DNA from: Octopus sinensis
Lineage: Eukaryota
Length of the DNA stretch: 64,000 bases
Assembly (NCBI RefSeq): GCF_006345805.1
Contig: NC_043015.1
Coordinates: 41,044,001-41,108,000, forward strand
Reading direction: 5' to 3'
A program made the translations under genes and the position numbers. Under the pieces are notes generated by a model that worked only from the letters and a program-made list of their open reading frames with translations, was not told where the DNA came from and did not search any database. How positions within the stretch are numbered: position 1 is the stretch's first letter; each line of letters opens with the position of its first letter. Shown piece after piece: positions 36,992 to 50,212 of this stretch.

Positions 36992-37375
36992 GTGGAGGCG
37001 CAATTGCCCAGTGGTTAGGGCAGCGGACTCGCGATCGTAGGATCGCGGTTTCAATTCCCAGACCGGGCGTTGTGAGTGTTTATTGAGCGAAAACACCTAA
37101 AGCTCCACGAGGCTCCAGCAGGGATGGTGGTGATCCCTGCTGTAACTCTTTCACCACAATTTTCTCTCACTCTTTCTTCCTGTTTCTGTTGTACCTGTAT
37201 TTCAAAGGGCCGGCCTTGTCACTCTCTGTGTCACGCTGAATATCCCCGAGAACTGCGTTAAGGGTACACGTGCCTGTGGAGTGCTCAGCCATTTACACGT
37301 TAATTTCACGAGCAGGCTGTTCCGTTGATTCGGATCAACCGGAACCCTTGTCGTCGTAACCGACGGAGTGCTTCC
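36992..37375 (+). mobile_element. SINE family D
   Basis: Near-identical to the 13843-14230 copy in opposite orientation; 11-bp TSD ATGGTTGTGAG; ends 40 nt before exon 16. Confidence 0.85.
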
Positions 37376-37415
37376 ATGGTTGTGAGATCCTGTTTCCTTG
37401 TTTTTCTGTTCGTAG

Positions 37416-37649
37416 ATGACCTACCTTGAGTTTCTGGAAGCACTTGTTGGTTTTGCTGAGATTTACATCACAGAAACTGTGGTAGAGTCATTGACGATAC
37501 CTCTCGACACAGTCACGTCAAGTCGGTCTCCAAAGACAAGCAGTCAACCCGTCATGTCACCTGTTCTCAGCACCAACGTATCCACCATTTCCTTCCAACA
37601 ACAGTCAAGGGCGAGAGACACCACAGGGACTAGGACGCCGGAGGCAGTG
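37416..37649 (+). CDS. RSPH10B: RSPH10B exon 16
   Basis: tcgtag|MTYLEFLEALVGFAEIYITE...GTRTPEAV|gtaagt; xxLEFxEAL motif. Confidence 0.9.
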
Positions 37650-38554
37650 GTAAGTGGTGGTTTTTTGGGGGTTTTTTTAAAGTCTTGTTGGTGGAAATAT
37701 ACAAATGGGGGAGGCTGATGGGTGGATGGTCTTTACACATTTTCACTTTCACACACACACACACGTACACGTGTGTGTTTGCGTGCATCAGGTTAAACAG
37801 GTGGACGGACAGAAAGACGGATGGATAGCTAGTTATGTATTGACATTGAGACAGAGAGAAGGGAGAAAAAGAAAGAGAAAAATAGAAAAGTGAGAGAAAG
37901 AGAAAGAAAGAGAGAGGGTATGTGCAAGAGAGAGAAAGAGAAAGAAAGAGAGAGGGTATGTGCAAGAGAGAGAAAGAGAAAGAGAGAGAGAGAGAGAGTA
38001 CATGTATACATGGAAAAAATGGTAGAAACATGGTTGATAAGAAAGTCAAAGCTGGATTAAATCTAACTGAAGGCTTTTCATGTGGCACCAGCTCAGGTGA
38101 GATCAGTTTTGGCATGGTTTTTACTGCTGGATGCCCTTCCAAATGCCAACCATTCTGCAGAATGGACTCAGTGCTTTTTATGTGGCACCAGCACAGTCGA
38201 GGTCAGTTTAGGGATGGTTTTTACAGTTGGATGCCCTTCCAAATGCCAACCCCTTTACAGTGTGGATTGGATGCTTCTTATGTGGCACCAGCACCAGCAG
38301 GGTCACCATGTAACTTGCAAGACAAGGAATAGCATATTGAGAGGGGATGGGGTGTTGGAGGAGGGGATCTTGTGTCAGATGATGAAATCACATAAGCCAA
38401 TGAGGAAGCCTCTATGTAGTCGTTCAGTATGCTAGAAATAGCAGCTAAATCTCTTTAAAAATCACAGCCTACTTTCTTAATTAAAAAAAATGGAAATGGC
38501 AAATCAGAACTTGTTTTTTAACCAATTAAATGGTAAAATATTAATTTTTTGTAG

Positions 38555-38642
38555 CAAGAGGAACAAAGAACTTCTTTGTCTGTGTTGTTCAGTCCATTGG
38601 AGAGTTTGATGGAAACGACCGACAGCAGAAAGACAACAATTG
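38555..38642 (+). CDS. RSPH10B: RSPH10B exon 17
   Basis: ttgtag|QEEQRTSLSVLFSPLESLMETTDSRKTTI|gtgagt; phase-compatible but low conservation. Confidence 0.72.
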
Positions 38643-38658
38643 GTGAGTTAAGAGACTG

Positions 38659-39200
38659 TGGTTGTGGTTGTTGTTGCTGTTGTTGTTGTTGTTTTTGTTG
38701 TTGTTGTTGTAGTTGTTTTGGTTACTGTTATTGCTTTTGTTGTTGTTGTTGTGTTGTTGTTGTGATTGTTGCTGTTGTTGTTGTTGTTGTGATTGTTGTT
38801 GTCGCTGTTGTTGTTGTTGTTGTGGTAGTTGTTGTGATTGTTGTTGTTTTTGTTGTGGTTGTTGTTGCTGTTGTTGTTGTTGTTTTTGTTGTTGTTGCTG
38901 TTATTGCTGTTGTTGTTGTAGTTGTTGTTGTTGTTGTGATTGTTGCTGTTGTTGTTGTTGTTGTGATTGTTGTTGTCGCTGTTGTTGTTGTTGTTGTGGT
39001 AGTTGTTGTGATTGTTGTTGTTTTTGTTGTTGTTGTTGTTGTTGTTGTTGTGATTGTTCCTATGGTTGTTGTTTTTGTTGCTGTTGTTGTTGTTGTAGCC
39101 TTTGTTATCATTGCTGCTGTTGTTGTAGTTGTTTTGGTTACTGTTATTGCTTTTGTTGTTGTTGTTGTTGTTATTATTGTTGGTGTTGTTGTTATTACAA
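38659..39200 (+). repeat. (GTT)n compound microsatellite with higher-order duplications
   Basis: Interrupted blocks recur at 38762/38936 and 38705/39121. Confidence 0.9.
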
Positions 39201-39319
39201 TTACAAATTTTATGAATGGAAAAATGATGGGAGGGGGTGGGGTAAAGAAGGGAAACATTGGTTAAAATTCAGAGTCAAAAATTAAAATTACTCACACATA
39301 CACACACTCACACACATTT

Positions 39320-39375
<56 letters not shown>

Positions 39376-40229
39376 TACATACACATCACACATGCCAGCT
39401 TAATTTAATTCGTCCTTAGTCGAAAGACACCTGTTGTTATGTCCTGTTATTTGTATTTGTGTAACATTCTCCGTTTTTTTTTCTGTCCTTGTTTTCGTAT
39501 ACATTCGCTGCTTTCGTCCAAGGAATCTAATGCTCTTAGCTTAGTTTTTCCATGGGGCTGGCCAGATTGGAGCAATCTCGAGTATAACCAGCTGAAATTG
39601 GAAAGATATTCTGGAACCCAACTGAGGAAAGAAAACTCCTTGTTTTCTTTGTATCGTCTATCTGGATGTTCTGTGTTCTTGTCCCATTTTGTGTTTATTT
39701 ATATATACTTGGAAATGGATGTGTCCTGTTCAATTAAATAATAAATAATAAATAATATATATATGCATATATGGGTACAACAGACCCAAAAGTGATGCTC
39801 CTTAAAAGTACTGCCTGGGGGCAGACTGCTCCTAAGCCCCCCCCCCCCAGCTACGCTAATGATAGTAAATGTTGAAACAACAGTTGAACTTCGATTACCA
39901 TTATTAAGTAACTATGAAATCTTTTGGTTTTGGATTTGGTTTGCAAGATTCTTTATATGAGTTCGTGTGTTGAAGCATATTCTGTTGTGTCTGGGGAGAG
40001 TCATTTTCTTTTTGTGCCTTATAGTGTAACACACTCACTGGTAAAATTTCCACTTATTTCTTATTTTTATTTTCCTAAAATTTTCATTGCGTCTTGCAAC
40101 CTTTTCAATAGTCTTGACTCTTTGCTGTTATAAAATCTTTACTATTGTAAAATCTCTAATTTAAATTCTAACAAACTTTACTTTCTATTTTTTTTCCCTT
40201 AAAAAAAATAATACGCATATACATAACAG

Positions 40230-40594
40230 TTGAAGAAACTGAGGGAGAGGTAGAGGCTGAAGAACTTGACCAAGCTACAAAAAAGTACAACTTCTGGACT
40301 CACCAAATACACATTTTCTTCATCGAGAAATTCATTCGTCCGGTCAAGAACCTTTTAAACATGCAACAGGTGGTCAACAGACTGGTAAAGGAAGAATTAA
40401 GGAAAATCAAGAGAATGGAGAAACAGAAGGCAGCGACAGAGCGATGGTACCAGTTGCGCAGAGAAGCAGCAGAGGAGGCATCTGTGAGTCAGGAACCGGA
40501 ACAGGAATGCGACCAGAACACTGCTGAAAACCCTAATGTCTTGGATGGGGTCGGTGAAATGAAGACGACAGGTCCAGAGGCACATACAACATAA
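40230..40594 (+). CDS. RSPH10B: RSPH10B exon 18 (last)
   Basis: taacag|(V)EETEGEVEAEELDQATKKYNFWTHQIHIFFIEKF...GPEAHTT-TAA. Confidence 0.88.
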
Positions 40595-40613
40595 AAAAGA
40601 AAAACCTCCAAGT

Positions 40614-40619
40614 AATAAA
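40614..40619 (+). terminator. candidate polyadenylation signal for RSPH10B
   Basis: AATAAA 19 nt after the stop codon. Confidence 0.45.
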
Positions 40620-42404
40620 GCAATACGTTCCTCCATGGAATATCAAAGTGGGATTTCGTTTGGAAAATGGTGAAAGATGGTAATGGAGGCCGGGGTGGAG
40701 TGGGGAAGTCAGGTCTGAATTATTTCTTTTTAAGGAGTTCTTTCATAAAATAACAATTGCTTTACTAAAATAAATCTTGTTTTGTTTTGTTTTTTTGGGG
40801 GTTTTTTTTGCATTTATTTTGAGGTTTTTCTGTGTCACACCGTTTAATATTTGCTCCATGAATTTAATTATTTTAAACAGGGTCAAGTTTGTGACTTTTA
40901 AAACCATCTCTCTCCTAACCCCTATTCCTTGCCTCCCTCCCTCCATCTATCTATCTTTCTCTCCATCTCTCTCTCCCTCTCACACCGACTTTTTCAACTG
41001 ACCTCAACTGCCTCTCTTTCTCCACATCACTCCCTCTCCCTCCCAGCTAGCTATATTTCCCACTCTTTTTCTCACACACACTCAAACACCTCCCCCACTC
41101 TGTGTCTCTATGTAATATCTATATCACCTAAAATTTTTAGCTCCTAAGGTGGTGAGCTGGTAGAAACGTTAGCGCACCAGGTGAAATCCTTAGCAGTATT
41201 TCGTCTGTCTTTACATTCTGAGTTCAAATTCCACCGAGGTTGACTTTGCCTTTCATCCTCTCAGGGGTCAATAAATATTGTAGAATAAGTGGTTGAATCT
41301 ACCATAGACATCTGCATCCTTAATATAACCCTTTACTCCCAGGCAGACTTAGCATGACACAGAGTATTTATCAATGTTAGACTTCCCCAAACACAGCCAC
41401 ATTTCACTCAACTCAATTTCATTCACAACAATATGATAAAAGATATTTGTCTAGGGTGCTGTTGAGTGAGATTGAACCTGAGATTTCATGACTACAGGCT
41501 TAAACAGAGAAGGAAAGGCAGCAGCGATGACCTATTTTTTTAAAATTTTGTTTTTCAGGGCTTTTGTGACTGATGTTCTTCTTCTTATTATTATTATTCA
41601 TGTCACTGCCTGGAATCAAACTCAGAATCTTGGAGTTAGTAGCCTGTGCTCTTAACCACTACGCCATAAGCCCATGGGCAATTATCCATCAATTGTAAAT
41701 AATGTAAATAATGTACATAATTCCTCATCTCTTAAACATAGAACTGAATGACAGGTAAGGTTTCCATTTAGAGAAGCAGCATTTTGCCAGCACACCTTTA
41801 TGCTTTCACAAAGTTGGTCCCAACATTGGAGTCGACTTTGCACAGATCTTTGAACTGTGTATATGCATACATGTGAATGTGTATTTATACATATATGTAT
41901 GCATGACGAGGCACAAGATGCCATGACTTAAGGCAGTAACTATGGACGTCCGGATCTTTTCTTCCCATTCTTTTGCAATCCTAAACGTAATGAAATCCAA
42001 GCAGAGCTTTTGTTTGCAGGGCAATTCTACACAAATAGACATGATCCAATTGGAAAAACGGTGATTTAGGAGTTCCAGTATTAATTAATATGGCTAAAAT
42101 ACAGAAATCATTTGGTAAAAGATTGCAAACACCACATTCAGTTGCCACATCCTGGCGGGAATATAAAGTACTATGATGGAATCAACAATACACCATTATC
42201 TTCAAAAGCATTGTTTTTTGGGGTTTTTTTTTCTATGAAAGGAACTGAATTGCATGAGTAGGGTCTTCCTCAAACCAATTGTTCTGAAGTTAATAGTTTG
42301 ACAACAGAACTTTTATAAAAACTTTTTACAACATTGGAGACCTGTCAAAATATATTTGTAAAAACAAAGCCAAACTGTTGTGTGAACAAAAAGTATTTTA
42401 CAAT

Positions 42405-43066
42405 CACTAGTGTAGCTGGGGGAGTGGGGTGGCACTTTGGGGTTTGCTGTAAGCAATATGTGTTTTTGTGGGGTCCAGGAGGGATTATTTTTCCCACGAG
42501 AGTTCCGGACACAAGTTATGAACTCATTTGCATACAGCCAATCACAACTCAACCATCAAACTAATTTATGAGCGCATAACAAGTGATGGGTGATAAGATA
42601 AGGTCGCTTGGGTAAGGAATTACCATGCTTCTTTTCTCTTTTGATAATGCTTGTCGTTCTTGTTCTTGATCCAACCATGGCTGCCTCTGTGTAGTTATTT
42701 GTGTTGTTGTTTACTTTCTAAAACAATAAGGGGAGAGAGTTGCTAGCACATCACCCTCTACCCACATTTTCTCATCCACATCTTTACCATATGGGGCCCT
42801 AACAAAATCCGATAATGGGTATAGACGCAAATCTGTCTAATTACTTGTCTCCTTCTAAAATCAAGCATAACTCCGTTCTTCATCTTCAGTTTACCGGGTA
42901 GAGTGTCTTTTTTAACTTGACAGCAAGGGCAAGGTGAGCTCTGATTGGCTGTATGCAAATGAGTTCATTACTGGGGTCCGGAACTCTCGTGGGAAAAAAA
43001 TTTTGTGTCCGGGGTCGGCAAACGGAAGGGCCGCCCCAGGCAGCACACACTCTAGCTACACTAGTG
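42405..43066. mobile_element. non-autonomous TIR element with CACTA...TAGTG termini
   Basis: About 140-bp imperfect inverted arms (42405-42543, 42942-43066); no clear TSD, so the superfamily is uncertain. Confidence 0.55.
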
Positions 43067-43933
43067 TTTATAATATTATGCCCAGAAAGGGAGAACTTTT
43101 TTTTTCCCTGATGCCCTGCCAGGAACTGGTAAAACATTTGTCACTCAGCAGTTACTTACCAAAGTTCGACAATAAAAAAAAGCTTTGGCTGTTACTTCTT
43201 CAGGTATTGCTGCTATGTTACGTTAGGATTTAATTTTAGGGTTTGATGAGAGCACAACGGAGTTATTTACACTTTGTATGAGCGCCCCGCCGAGTATACA
43301 AATGTTTAGTGAAAGGTAAAAGCTTATGGATTACTTTGCTTTCTATATACTAGAAAAAATATCTAATTTACACCTGGAAACGATTCGTTAAAAATTACAT
43401 ATTCATTACTAAGATTTAGTTTTTCCATCGAGTTGTAGTGTACTTTAACACTATATACAAATAATATACGGGACAAAATGTTACGTTCTGAGTTCAAATT
43501 CTGCCGAGGTCGACTTTGCATTTCATCCTTTATGGATCGCTGAAATATGTATGATAGTAGTCAAGTGCTGGGTTCGAAGTAATCTACTAGCACCCCAAAG
43601 CCTACTCACCAATTTCAGGCCTTGTGCCTATGGTAGAAAGGATCATCATCATCATCATCGATTTATGAGGAAACAAAGTCAGACGAGGTGTCAGACAGTA
43701 TGCTAAATAGAAAAATCTGGTAGTTTACAGAATTCTGATAATATTTAAACATAAATATGAGACCTCATATTCAGTGGAAAGAAGGCAAGTGCGGTAATGT
43801 GGCGTTCATGCCTTTCGTAATGATGTTAGTGATATGAAACGAAGAACTGGAAATAGTGAAATTGTAATGAAAGAAAAAAATTAAAGTGAGAGTAGCCTCC
43901 CTTTAGTTCGTGTAATTCTTTACAACTGAAGTT

Positions 43934-43948
43934 ATTGCCAATAGCAAC
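43934..43948. promoter_or_regulatory. RFX X-box-like ATTGCCAATAGCAAC
   Basis: One mismatch to the X-box consensus with a perfect AGCAAC half-site, ending 73 nt upstream of the DNAAF11 ATG. Confidence 0.55.
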
Positions 43949-44021
43949 TGATACACAAACAAGGCACGTGTGAAATATAATTTTGACTGAGGAACTTTAT
44001 GAAAAGATAGAGAGAAAAATA

Positions 44022-44031
44022 ATGGTTGCAA
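44022..44031 (+). CDS. DNAAF11: DNAAF11/LRRC6 exon 1 (10 coding nt)
   Basis: ATG GTT GCA A|GTAAGG. Phase 1 joins exon 2 to give MVAITEDLLRKRAEHN, matching the family N-terminus (MxxITEDLxR). Confidence 0.75.
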
Positions 44032-44130
44032 GTAAGGATAACACTTCTTAATTAATTAACCCTTTAGCATTCAGACTATTTTATCAAATGCAATGATCAT
44101 TCAAATTATTTTGAAATAATCATACATTAT

Positions 44131-44536
44131 CTTTTACTCTTTTACTTGTTTCAGTCATTTGACTGCGGCCATGCTGGAGCACCGCCTTTAATCGAGCAAC
44201 TCGACCCCGGGACTTATTCTTTTGTAAGCCCAGTACTTATTATATCGGTCTCTTTTGCCGAACCGCTAAGTAACGGGGACATAAACACACCAGCATCGGT
44301 TGTCAAGCAATGCTAGAGGGACGAACACAGACACACTAACATACACGCACACACATATAGATATACATATATACGACGGGCTTCTTTCAGTTTCCGCCTA
44401 CCAAATCCACTCACAAAGCATTGGTCCGCCCGGGGCAATAGCAGAAGACACTTGCCCAAGGTGTCACGCAGTGGGACTGAACCCGGAACCATGTGGTTGG
44501 CAAACAAGCTACTTACCACACAGCCACTCCTGCGCC
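44131..44536 (-). mobile_element. SINE family A in DNAAF11 intron 1
   Basis: Full-length match to the family A copies. Confidence 0.85.
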
Positions 44537-44723
44537 TATATTTTAAAGATGTAATTTTAAAAAAAAAGACATTATCGGGTTGGTATGAGAGGCCAGATAA
44601 GACCAGGTTACGCATATAACAAGTAGAATATTTGGACTTGATATGGCCACTAAATGGTTAATTGTGTTCTAAATGGTTGTGTTCATCATCATCAGTGGCA
44701 GCATCAAATGTTGAGACCTCACA

Positions 44724-45090
44724 GTGTACCATACTTTGCCCGTCATTGGAATCACGTGTTCCAACATGACAACACCCGTACCCAGGCTGACAACAGACTT
44801 CCTCCAACAGCACAACATCCAGACACTGCCATGGTCTGCCCTAAATCCAGACTTGAACCCCATAGAACACCTGTGGGACGAAATCCAAAGAAGGCTAAAT
44901 GACATCCATCCTAGGCAAGTGTCTTCCACTATATCCTTGGGCCGACCAAAGCCTTGTGAGTGGATTTGGTAGACGGAAACTGAAAGAAGCCTGTCATCCA
45001 TCCTAGGCCAACAACTGTGGCACAACTCACTGCAAGTTTTAACAGAGTGTGGGCAGCTATCCCCCATGGCCTTCATACAGAAGATACCTG
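44724..45090 (+). mobile_element. Tc1 transposase fragment with a 78-bp SINE insertion
   Basis: FQHDN...PWSALNPDLNPIEHLWDEIQRRL (Tc1 DD34E region); insert 44917-44994 has a 14-bp TSD CATCCATCCTAGGC. Confidence 0.8.
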
Positions 45091-45748
45091 GTGGTAATCA
45101 ACAGAAAATGCCTGGTGGTAATGGTCACATGAGATATTGAGTTCATTTCTTTGGATTCAGGACACTCCATCATCATGCAACACCATGTGATGTCGAGCAT
45201 GTTTCAGGAAATGATGCTTTATCGTTAGGAAAGAACAGCTTCTTAATTAGCACCCTTCAATCAATGGCAGTTTGTTAATAAACCGGTTTCTCTTTAGTAT
45301 GTGTGTGACGTTTCTTTTGTGCTTCGGTAGCTCCTCATGCTGGTGGCACATAACAAGCACCATCTGAACATGGTTGATGCCAGTGCCCCCCAACTGGCTC
45401 CTATGCTGGTGGCACATAAAAAGCACCATCTGATCATGGTCGATACTAGTTCCTCCCAACTGGCTCCCATGCTGTTGGCACGTAAAAAGCACCATCCGAA
45501 CGTGGTTGATGCCAGTGTCGCCTGACTGGCTACCATGCCAGTGGCAAGTAAAAAGTACCCACTATACTCTCAGAGTGGTTGGCATTAGGAAAGACATTCA
45601 GCTGTAGAAACCTTGCAAGATCAGATTGGAGCCTGGTGCAGCCTCCTGGTTTGACAGCCCTCAGTCAAATCGTCCAACCCATGCTAGCATGGAAAACGGA
45701 CATTAAATGATGATGATGTACAAGTGCCACTAGTTATGATATAATATG

Positions 45749-45791
<43 letters not shown>

Positions 45792-45811
45792 CACATATAT
45801 ATATATATGTG

Positions 45812-45874
<63 letters not shown>

Positions 45875-46203
45875 ATATATGTGTGTGTATAATATATATA
45901 TTGTAGTTTGTTCCTTCTCGAGCCACGCCTTGCTCATAGGGCCGGTTTCCCGGTTTCCTTGGCATATAGGTTCCCCACCTGGACGGGATGTCAGTCTATC
46001 GCAGGTGAGCTGCAAGATGCAGGAGGAAAGTGTGAGAGAAAGTTGTGGTGAAAGAGTCAGCAGAAGTTTGCCATTACCTTCTGCCGGAGCCGTGTGGAGC
46101 TTAGGTGTTTTGCTCATAAACACACACATCACGTGGGCTGAGATTCGAACCCGCAATCCCTCAACCGCGAGTCCTCTGCTCTAACTACCAGGCCATGTGC
46201 CTC

Positions 46204-46293
<90 letters not shown>

Positions 46294-46392
46294 ATATATA
46301 TGTATAAGGGTGGAAAGGAACACACAAGTTGATATATATGAAAAAACAAGTCAAAAATAGAAAATGCTAAGATAATTTTATAGTGAATCTTT

Positions 46393-46430
46393 CAGTACCG
46401 GTTTCGGTCATTTTGAGACCTTTTCAACTA
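46393..46430 (-). ncRNA. hammerhead motif family 3 (U3-A8 covariant core)
   Basis: TAG-TTGAAAA-GGTC(TCAAAAT)GACC-GAA-ACCGGT-A-CTG. Confidence 0.55.
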
Positions 46431-48228
46431 TAACGATTAAATAATTAAATTTAGAAAAATTAGAAGAAAAGTTTTTTTAAAAGAATATTTCTATAGTAGT
46501 GTTCAGATATAAGTAGCATTCTGCCTTTCTCTGACTCCCTTGTTTGCACTTGTGTGTTCAAGGTCGTTGTGAGTTCTTGGTAGGGTAGGTGAAGAATAAG
46601 GAGGCTGATGTGGAGAGGGGGTGGGGAAATCTGGGAATGCCTTGATGGTCGTATTTTGAATGGTCAGTGGCTGACAGCAGTCGCAGTTCAATTCAGGAAT
46701 TGTTTATGGAATTTGCGTAGGCGTTATACTGAAAGACATTAGTGACAAGGTTAAGGGGTGGAAGGTGGAGAAGTAGAAGAAGAAGAAGAAGATGACGATG
46801 TTGATGATGATGATGAAGAAGAAGAAGAAGGAGAAGGAGAAGATGATGGTGATGATGGTGGTGATGATGATGACAACGATGATGATGATAATGATGATGA
46901 TGAAGAAGAAGAAGAAAAAAGAGAAGAAAAAAACAGAGAAGGGAGAATATGAATGGGTGAAAGTATAGCTGTGATGGGGCTGATTAGTAATGGATTCTAT
47001 GGAGTGTAATATTTGTGTGTGTATATATTTCTTTTATTCTAAAGTTGAGGTATATTAATTGTTTGTCGTAGACCCGTTAAGAAGTGGCTTGTATTTTGTA
47101 ATAAAGAGATTTTCTTTACTTATTCGTTGTCTAGAGGTTGTATCGTCCCTAAATTGGTAAATACACACACAAATATTACATATATATATATGCACATACT
47201 GCATGTATGTGCATATATGTGTCAAAAGGGTATACATTTGTGTTGCTGTTTAGCCCTAGGTCTACCCTGATCAAGTAGATCTCTGATGAAAAAAGTTATT
47301 CCATCCATGCCCATCCCGTCTGTCTGTGCATCTAAGATAATATAATCTATCAAGCCTTTTTTTAAATTTTTGTTTTTTTAATATGGTAAGATGCAACCCA
47401 TGGCAGATTTAACTGCTATTTTTAGCAGATTGAACAGGCCTATAGAGTCTCCTTTTTTGGGGGCTCATATACATGAGTGTGTGTGTGTGTGTGTCAGTAT
47501 GTGTTTTATGCATTTGTGTATAATATGCACGTGTCTGTTTGTGGTTGTATCTCCATGGGTGTGTACATACAATGCATGCATATATTTATGTGTGGTGTAC
47601 GTCTGTTTTATGTATATATGTGTACGTGTGTGTGTGTACATGTGTATGTGTGTATACATGTGTGTGTATACATGTGTATGTGTGTATACATGTATGTGTG
47701 CATGTGTGTACGTATGTGTGTGTGTACATGTGTGTGTGTATTATGTGTGTGGTGTGCATGTGTTTTATGTATATGTGTGTACATGTGTGTATTATGTGTG
47801 CGGTGTGCATACGTTTTATATATGTGTGTGTTGTAGGTTCAGTTTCTGTTGTTGTTGTTGCTGCTGCTGTGGTTTTCCTTCTTTTTGTTTCCGTTTTCCC
47901 AAAGTTCTGCCGTGTGTAACTCTACCTGCCTGCCATGTTGTCTGAATTCCAAGGAAGGAGCCTTGATTCTTCATTTAAGACTCGTACATTATTTGGTGAA
48001 GAATTTGGAAAACAACAACAACAACAGCAAAAAGGAAAGAAAGAAGAAAATAAAAACAAAAAATATACATAAATTTCAATTGTGTGTTGCACTTTAAATG
48101 TGTGTATGTACGTGTGTTTGTGTGTGTGTTGTGTGTGCATGTATTGTTTGTGTGTATGTATGTGTGTGTGTGTCCCCACATGTGAGTGCATTTATATGTA
48201 TGTGTGTATGAGAAGGAGTGTTTTATGT

Positions 48229-48260
<32 letters not shown>

Positions 48261-49001
48261 AAGAGAAAGAGAGAGTAAATTTCCTCTGTATTTACCAAGT
48301 TTTTATAGAAACTCTACGATGTGGTTTCAATTCTCAGTCAAAGCATAGTACAAGTTTTCCCTCTATGCTGCTAAATACGTCTTTCCAGAAAGCCATGCCT
48401 GCCACACAATCTCTGTCTGGGTTCTGTTATATATTTTTCCTAAATTTGTACTGTAAATATTTAGTCAAAATAAAGCTAATTTATCAGGGTTTTTTCCCCC
48501 TGATTTACCTGTCTTTACAAAATATCATTAGGACGAATGTTGTTGATGTTCTTGTTTCTTATGTCTTGGCCAAGTGTCTTCTACTTGTTCATACCCCTTC
48601 TTTTTTTCTTTTTCTTTATTGCCCACAAGGAGCTAAGAGGGGATAAATAAAGACAGACAAAGGGATTAAGTCGATTACATCGGCCCCAGTGCGTAACTGG
48701 TACTTAATTTATCGACCCTGAAAGAATGAAAGGCAAAGTCGAACTCGGTGAAATTTGAACTCAGAACGTAGTGGCAGACGAAATATCGCTAAGCATTTTG
48801 CCCGGCATGCTAACGAGTCTGCCAGCTTACCACCTTCTTTACCCTTCTTTACCCCTTCTTTACCCCTTCTTTACCCCTTCTTTACCCTTCCCACCCACAT
48901 TTCCTTAAACATCTCAATATTTTTCTACCCTGACCCATCATCACCCTATTTCTTTGACCACAACCCTCTTTCATGAACTCCTTTCTGACTTTCTGATTCA
49001 G

Positions 49002-49095
49002 TTACAGAGGACCTCCTTAGGAAAAGGGCCGAACACAACAACTGTGAGATTGCCACCCTTGAAGAAGTTTCTTTACACCAACAAGACATTGAAAG
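49002..49095 (+). CDS. DNAAF11: DNAAF11 exon 2
   Basis: gattcag|(I)TEDLLRKRAEHNNCEIATLEEVSLHQQDIE(R)|gtttgt. Confidence 0.93.
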
Positions 49096-49179
49096 GTTTG
49101 TCCTGTTATCTGATGTTGTTGTTGTTGTTGCCGCAACAACACATACACACTCACGTAACATGCTCACACTCATGCATAT

Positions 49180-49790
49180 TTCACATGAAAGTGCCTGTGT
49201 AGTACCATGTAAAAGTGCCCATGCGGTGCCATACAAAAGTTCCCGTGTGGTGCCACATGAAAGTGGTTGTGTAGTGCCATGTAAAAGTGCCCATGTGGTG
49301 CCATTTCAAATTGCCCGTGTGGTGCCATGTAAAAGTGCCCATGTGGTTCCATGTAAAAGTGCCCATGTGGTACTATGTAAAAGTGTTCATGTGGTGCTAT
49401 GTAAAATTGTCCATGTGGTGCCATGTAAAAGTTCCCATGTGGTGCTATGTAAAAGTGCCCATGTGGTGCCATGTAAAAGTGCCCATGTGGTGCTATGTAA
49501 AATTTCCCATGCGGTTCCATGTAAAAGTACCCATGTGGTGCTATGTAAAAGTGCCCATGTGGTGCTATGTAAAAGTGCCCATGTGGTGCCATGTAAAATT
49601 TCCCATGTGGTGCCATGTAAAAGTATCCATGTGGTGCCACATGAAAGTGGCTGTGCAGTGTCACATGAAAGTGCCTGTGCAGTTTCAGGTAAAAGTGCCA
49701 TGCAGTGGCACGTAAAAGCAACCAAGTGGTGCCATGTAAAAGTGCCCCTGAGGCACCACGTAAAAGTGGTGGTTCCACATAAAAGCACCC
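49180..49790 (+). repeat. 24-bp minisatellite AAAAGTGCCCATGTGGTGCCATGT
   Basis: About 25 degenerate units running into a family B SINE body. Confidence 0.9.
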
Positions 49791-50212
49791 AGCACCCTCT
49801 ATAAAGTGGTTGGCATTAGGAAGGGCATACAGCTGTAGAAACCCAAGCCAAATATCAGACCGGAGCCTGGTGCAGCAGCCCCCCACCCAGCTTGCCAGCC
49901 CTGGTCATACCATCCAACCCATACCAGCATCGGCAACAGACATTAAATGATGATGATGATGATGATGATGATGATATGCATACACTTACTCACACACAAA
50001 CTTACATGCAACACAGGACAAACACGCAAACACACACACACTAACAAACAAACCCAAGTGCACATACGCATTCTTAATCACACATGCACACACACACACA
50101 CATACATGCAACACACATCCACTCACACCTGCAACACACATACACTCTTTGTCTTTCTTCCTCTCTCTCTGATTCTGCCATTCTTTATCTAAATGGTCCG
50201 TATTATTTTCAG

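Noticed and set aside
38643-39285. Poly-Val/Cys/Thr ORFs
   Set aside because: (GTT)n microsatellite; only 38555-38642 is a spliceable exon
46758-46952. Acidic E/D-rich ORF
   Set aside because: (GAA)/(GAT) microsatellite; does not fit the DNAAF11 exon chain
47383-47392. ATG GTA AGA T as DNAAF11 exon 1 (MVR...)
   Set aside because: Needs a weak GC donor to be phase 1; 44022-44031 has a strong GTAAGG donor and an X-box-like motif upstream
49160-49886. Repeat-protein ORFs and a possible CRISPR-like array
   Set aside because: 24-bp head-to-tail minisatellite with no unique spacers, no cas genes and a eukaryotic intronic context
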